A DNA stretch of 64,000 bases, from the NCBI GenBank assembly GCA_045863335.1, contig BTVY01000002.1, positions 160,562 to 224,561 on the forward strand, in the 5' to 3' direction. Of this stretch, positions 59,915 to 64,000 are shown one piece after another (position 1 is the stretch's first letter; each line of letters starts with the position of its first letter). This stretch comes from Candidatus Hydrogenedentota bacterium (GTDB lineage Bacteria > Hydrogenedentota > Hydrogenedentia > Hydrogenedentales > SLHB01). A model generated the notes under the pieces. The model saw only the letters and a list, made by a program, of their open reading frames with translations, was not told where the DNA came from and made no database searches. A program made the position numbers and the translations under genes.

Positions 59915-60227
59915 CCCACAGGATCAGGAAATAGCCACGCAATCCATTACGATCAGATGCGTTACAGCAATGGTCAGCAAAGCAACAAACCCGCCAAAGC
60001 GACATTCCTGTAATTGCGAACACAAACAACGACGTATTCGTATCTTTTCAGCATGAAGTGTGGTGGAATCGCTCGAACACCACCGGCACGCGGAAAGGGC
60101 AAGTCGCATTGAGTCGTGTCAATCATTACAATGGGCAACTTCTTGCGGGTTGTTTGCCGGGTTCGCGTTCTACGTGGCCGACGGCGCTGGGGACGAATCC
60201 ACGATCAATATCATTGAAGGAGGCACG

Positions 60228-61031
60228 ATGGCGGAAGGGTTGTTAAAGGGAAAACGCGGGGTCATCCTCGGCGTTGCGAACGAGAAGTCTATCGCATGGG
60301 GATGCGCGCAGGCCTGCGCTGCGGCCGGCGCCACGTTGGCCTTTAATTATCTCGGCGAATCCTTGGAGCGCCGCGTACGCAAGCTCGTGGACGAAAGTTT
60401 GCCGGGGTCGCCCGTGTTTCAGTGCAACGTGCAGAACGATGACGAGATCGCCGCCTACTTCGAGTCAATCAAGAAGGAATGGGGCACCATCGATTTCGTA
60501 ATCCATTCCATCGCTTTCGCGAACAAGGAAGACCTCACCAATCAATTCATCTCCACGAGCCGCGAGAACTTCGCGCTGGCCCTGGACATCTCGGCCTACT
60601 CGCTGGTCGCTGTTGCGCGCGAGGCCGCGCCGATCATGAATGAAGGCGGCAGCATCGTCGCCATGTCGTACTACGGCGCTGAGAAAGTTGTGCCGCGCTA
60701 CAACGTCATGGGCGTGGCCAAGGCCGCCCTCGAGAGTTGCTCAAAATACCTCGCCTGGGATCTCGGCGAGAAAGGCATTCGCGTAAACTGCATCAGCGCG
60801 GGGCCCATTCGCACCCTTTCGGCAAGCGCCATCGCGGGCGTACGCTTGATGCTGCGCACGACCGAGAAGTTTGCGCCGCTGCGCCGCAACGTGACGCAGG
60901 ACGAGGTGGGCCAGTCCGCCGTGTATTTGCTTTCCGATCTGTCGTCGGGCGTCACGGGCGAAGTGTTGCATGTGGACAGTGGATACAACATCATGGGCAT
61001 GTACGGCGTGGACGAGGGCGGTCAGGATTAG
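60228..61031 (+). CDS. fabI: Enoyl-ACP reductase
   Basis: GVANEKSIAWG, HSIAFA, SAYS, YNVMGVAKAALE, SAGPIRTL; RBS GGAGG. Confidence 0.95.
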   Translation: MAEGLLKGKRGVILGVANEKSIAWGCAQACAAAGATLAFNYLGESLERRVRKLVDESLPGSPVFQCNVQNDDEIAAYFESIKKEWGTIDFVIHSIAFANKEDLTNQFISTSRENFALALDISAYSLVAVAREAAPIMNEGGSIVAMSYYGAEKVVPRYNVMGVAKAALESCSKYLAWDLGEKGIRVNCISAGPIRTLSASAIAGVRLMLRTTEKFAPLRRNVTQDEVGQSAVYLLSDLSSGVTGEVLHVDSGYNIMGMYGVDEGGQD

Positions 61032-61081
61032 CTGAGGAGCCCAGCCTCGCCAAGTCAAGCGTCGAACTCGGGGGAGTCGAT

Positions 61082-62404
61082 ATGATTTTGCGGTCCGTGG
61101 TAATCCGCTCGTTTTTCATCCTGAGCCTGCTTGCATTCAGTTGCGGCGCGTTGGCCGACGATGCGCCGCCCCACAATCTGCCGGATCGCGAGGAATGGTT
61201 CAGCGATCTCGGTTTGGGGCTGTTCATCCATTGGAGCGTGGATTCCCAACTGGGATCGGTGATCAGCCACTCGCTGGTGGGGTCGTCCGAGGAGTATGCC
61301 GACCGGTTCTTCTCGGAGTTGCCGACGACCTTTGAGCCAAAGCAATTCAATCCGGAGGACTGGGCGCGGCTCGCGCGCGTCGCCGGAATTCGTTACGTCA
61401 TGTTCACGGCGAAGCATCACAGCGGTTTCTGCATGTTCGATACGAAGTCCACGGACTTCTCGATCATGCACACACCCCTCAAGCGCGACATCACGGGCGA
61501 GGTGATGGACGCGTTTCGCGCGGAAGAAATCGCAACGGGCATCTACTTCTCCCCCGAAGACGCGTGGATCATGCATAAGCAAGGGCATGTCGTGGCGCGG
61601 AGGCGTCCCTACGCGCTCCCGTCAAACAATCCGGAGATGCTCGAGCACAATCGCCGGCAATTGACAGAGTTATTCACAAACTACGGCGCCATCGATCTGG
61701 CCTTCCTGGACAGTCCCGACGCGGCCGATGCGGTCAAGACAATCTGGGACATTAACCGGAACGTCGTCATTACGCGCGGCGTCATGGAAACCCCGGAGCA
61801 GACGACGCCCGATGCCCCACTCCCGCCGCCGTGGGAGGCCTGCTACACGCTGGGATCCCAATGGCAGTTCAAGCCGACCAACGAAGACTACAAGTCCGGC
61901 ACCGAATTGATAGAGATGCTCATCGAGATCCGGGCCAAGGGCGGCAATCTGTTAATCAACGTTGGCCCGGAGCCCTCGGGGGTCATCCCGTTCGAGCAGG
62001 AGCGTATCCTGCGCGAACTGGCGCTGTGGATGTTCGTCAACGGCGAGGCGATATACGAGGTGCGGCCTTGGCACGTCATCCGGGAAGGCGACATCTGGTT
62101 CACCAAGGCGAAGGATGACGATACGGTTTACGCCTTCCTGACAAAGCAGCATCCCTGGAAACGGGGCGAACGGCGCGAGTTCGTATTGAAGACAGTGCGG
62201 GCCACAACGGCGACTACCATCGACGTGCTTGGACACAGCGGAACCTTAATCGAATACCAACCCGATGCCGACGCCAAGCCGCGCGCGGAGCAGCGAGATG
62301 ACGGCCTCCATATCAGCGTCGTGCGCGGCCAACGGTTGTATAACAATCACGAGTGGCCTAATCCGGTGGTGGTGCGAATGAGGAAGGTGGAGGAGAGTCT
62401 TTAG
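61082..62404 (+). CDS. Alpha-L-fucosidase (GH29)
   Basis: GLFIHW, FNPEDW, TAKHHSGF, WEAC, GGNLLINVGP, NGEAIY. Confidence 0.9.
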   Translation: MILRSVVIRSFFILSLLAFSCGALADDAPPHNLPDREEWFSDLGLGLFIHWSVDSQLGSVISHSLVGSSEEYADRFFSELPTTFEPKQFNPEDWARLARVAGIRYVMFTAKHHSGFCMFDTKSTDFSIMHTPLKRDITGEVMDAFRAEEIATGIYFSPEDAWIMHKQGHVVARRRPYALPSNNPEMLEHNRRQLTELFTNYGAIDLAFLDSPDAADAVKTIWDINRNVVITRGVMETPEQTTPDAPLPPPWEACYTLGSQWQFKPTNEDYKSGTELIEMLIEIRAKGGNLLINVGPEPSGVIPFEQERILRELALWMFVNGEAIYEVRPWHVIREGDIWFTKAKDDDTVYAFLTKQHPWKRGERREFVLKTVRATTATTIDVLGHSGTLIEYQPDADAKPRAEQRDDGLHISVVRGQRLYNNHEWPNPVVVRMRKVEESL

Positions 62405-62473
62405 TCTGGAGTCTTGAAGTCGGGAAACCAGCCGGTTGGTCAGCCGCCCGTGATAAGGGTCAGAGCCGGCAAT

Positions 62474-62563
62474 CTGTAGCGTCCCGGCTTCCACGCCGGG
62501 CGATACTCGCAGCCGAAGTTCTATGAGGGGAATCACGCCCGGCGTGGAAGCCGGGCGCTACAG
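62474..62563. repeat. GTAG-type REP inverted doublet (REPIN-like)
   Basis: CTGTAGCGTCCCGGCTTCCACGCCGGGCG and CGCCCGGCGTGGAAGCCGGGCGCTACAG. Confidence 0.85.
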
Positions 62564-62651
62564 GAACGTTTTCTACTATTGGCCGACGGTTAGGAAGGAC
62601 AACCGACATTTCGATCGCGTTCGACACGCCGGAGAAGCCCTCCCTATTTTA

Positions 62652-62693
62652 CCTCCAGCCTCCAGCCTCCAGTCTCCAGTCTCCAGTCGCCAG
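62652..62693. repeat. Heptamer tandem repeat ([C/T]CTCCAG x6)
   Basis: cctccag cctccag cctccag tctccag tctccag tcgccag. Confidence 0.85.
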
Positions 62694-62694
62694 C

Positions 62695-63480
62695 CTACAA
62701 TCCCAGATCGTCCATCGCCTGTTCTTGACGCTGGGTCTGCTGCGATCCGATATCCCGGGCGCCGCCGCGCGCGCGGCTGCCCGCGGCGCTCGAACCCGCA
62801 CTGCTCATGCTATTGAGTTCATTCTGAATGCCGATGCCGGTCATGGTTTCACCCATGAGTCCCCCGCCTCCAACACCCGGCTGTCGCGTGCCGGTTTGCG
62901 CGGTCTGCCCGCCGTAAGGCGCAACCTGATTGGGCGACTGACCCTGGGGTTCGTAGAGCGCGCCGGTCTGCGGGTCGTAAATAAACGGCATCCCGTTGTT
63001 CGCCTTCGGAACTTCTTTCAAATAAGTTGGTGCCAGTTGGTCCAGCGAAGTCGGATAGTATCCCGTCGCCATTCCATACTGATTGATGGCGCCACGGATT
63101 CGCGCCATCTTGTCGGTGTTGGATTCCTGTGAACGTGCCGGCTGCGGCGCAACAGGTCCGTCGAGCAGCACTTTACCAGTGGATGGATCATACCCGTAGG
63201 GGCGACCATCGGGCTGCGTCGGCACCTGGGTGAAGTACTCGGGTACAAGTGCCTGCAATGACGCGGGGTACTCGCCATGTTCCGCGGCGTAGGCCTGGAT
63301 TGCGTGATTGATTTCGATGTCCGAGGTCGTTTGCTGGGCGTTTTCCAACTGCCGCTGCAGGGTACCGAGCTGTTCGGCTTGCAGTTCGCTCTGAATCGCC
63401 GTCGACATCAGCATGTCGAGCATACAACCGGTCGTCATGAGCGGAACGAGGCTCAATACGATGAGTTTGAAGTGTCGCAT
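62695..63480 (-). CDS. Lipoprotein with two GspG/pseudopilin-like globular domains
   Basis: Lipobox MTTGC; two repeats of AI..Y....G.YP.SL..L.P.Y...VP....G.P..YDP.TG. Confidence 0.75.
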   Translation of the reverse strand: MRHFKLIVLSLVPLMTTGCMLDMLMSTAIQSELQAEQLGTLQRQLENAQQTTSDIEINHAIQAYAAEHGEYPASLQALVPEYFTQVPTQPDGRPYGYDPSTGKVLLDGPVAPQPARSQESNTDKMARIRGAINQYGMATGYYPTSLDQLAPTYLKEVPKANNGMPFIYDPQTGALYEPQGQSPNQVAPYGGQTAQTGTRQPGVGGGGLMGETMTGIGIQNELNSMSSAGSSAAGSRARGGARDIGSQQTQRQEQAMDDLGL

Positions 63481-63582
63481 GACACATCCCTCCTGTCCTT
63501 CATTCAGTATATCATAGGTGGCGCTGAGCCGTTCGAACGAGTCAGGGCATGCAATCCCCGAACTTGGGAGCCAGAAATGGAC

Positions 63583-63615
63583 GCGGCGCGGAATCCCGTT
63601 TGGGTTCCGCGCCGC
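63583..63615 (-). terminator. Hairpin downstream of amtB
   Basis: GCGGCGCGGAATCC...GGGTTCCGCGCCGC. Confidence 0.65.
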
Positions 63616-63648
63616 TTTCCTGCCTTGCAGCTTGAATTTACGTTGAAG

Positions 63649-64000
63649 TTACAGGTTGTAACCCGCTTCTTCGTGCAGACTGATATCGAGACCCTGGGTC
63701 TCCTGCTGTTCACTCACGCGAAGCCCAACCACGACATCCACTATCTTGAGCAGGATGAAGCTGAGCACGCCACAGTAGACGATGGTCACCAGCGCGCCCT
63801 TGACCTGCTGGATGAACTGCGCACCGATGCTGATCTCTTCCCAGCCGCCGAGACTGGTCGAGGCGAAGACACCGGTCAACAGCGCGCCCACAAGGCCGCC
63901 GATACCGTGCACGCCGAATGCGTCCAGGGAGTCGTCATAGCCCAGCGCGCGCTTCAGGGACGTGGCACCGAGGAAACAGATGCCGCCGGACGCGAGCCCG
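63649..64000 (-). CDS. amtB: Ammonium transporter, 3' part (truncated by the window end)
   Basis: YDDSLDAFGVHGIGG..GALLTGVF, GLRVSEQQETQGLDISLHEEAGY. Confidence 0.95.
   Translation of the reverse strand, partial: GLASGGICFLGATSLKRALGYDDSLDAFGVHGIGGLVGALLTGVFASTSLGGWEEISIGAQFIQQVKGALVTIVYCGVLSFILLKIVDVVVGLRVSEQQETQGLDISLHEEAGYNL

Noticed and set aside
60060-60227. N-terminal extension of FabI (and similar extensions of the fucosidase, FGE-like and AOS ORFs)
   Set aside because: Better starts with SD sequences or signal peptides lie downstream; the extensions are artefacts of longest-ORF calling

Overview
GC-rich bacterial chromosomal window with about 45 genes. The gene content (many Tat/Sec-exported glycan-degrading enzymes, Gfo/Idh/MocA oxidoreductases, HEAT and FGE-like proteins, a Ser/Thr kinase-WD40 protein) suggests a Hydrogenedentota/PVC-type host, but this is inference only. 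I found no rRNA, tRNA, CRISPR array, integrase or transposase. Recognisable genes are fabI, a partial amtB, a glgA-like synthase, a nagD-like HAD, a GH29 fucosidase, a GH106-type hydrolase, a PAS hybrid kinase and an ArsR-SRPBCC-DoxX-DUF4256 operon. Most notable: (1) two tandem RRM RNA-binding-protein genes, each with its own sigma70 promoter and a ~200-nt leader whose hairpins show compensatory base changes, a candidate undescribed cis-regulatory RNA; (2) an operon of a membrane protein, a serine-palmitoyltransferase-like alpha-oxoamine synthase and two paralogous P450s, a candidate oxidised sphingoid/aminolipid pathway; (3) a large secreted orphan with a DxD motif and glycine-zipper-like helices; (4) a sigma54 promoter ~470 nt upstream of nagD; (5) unusual multi-domain CAZyme fusions; (6) several distinct REP-like repeat families. 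All family assignments come from motif recognition by eye, and no database searches were run. Several start codons were moved downstream of the ORF-track starts using RBS and signal-peptide evidence.
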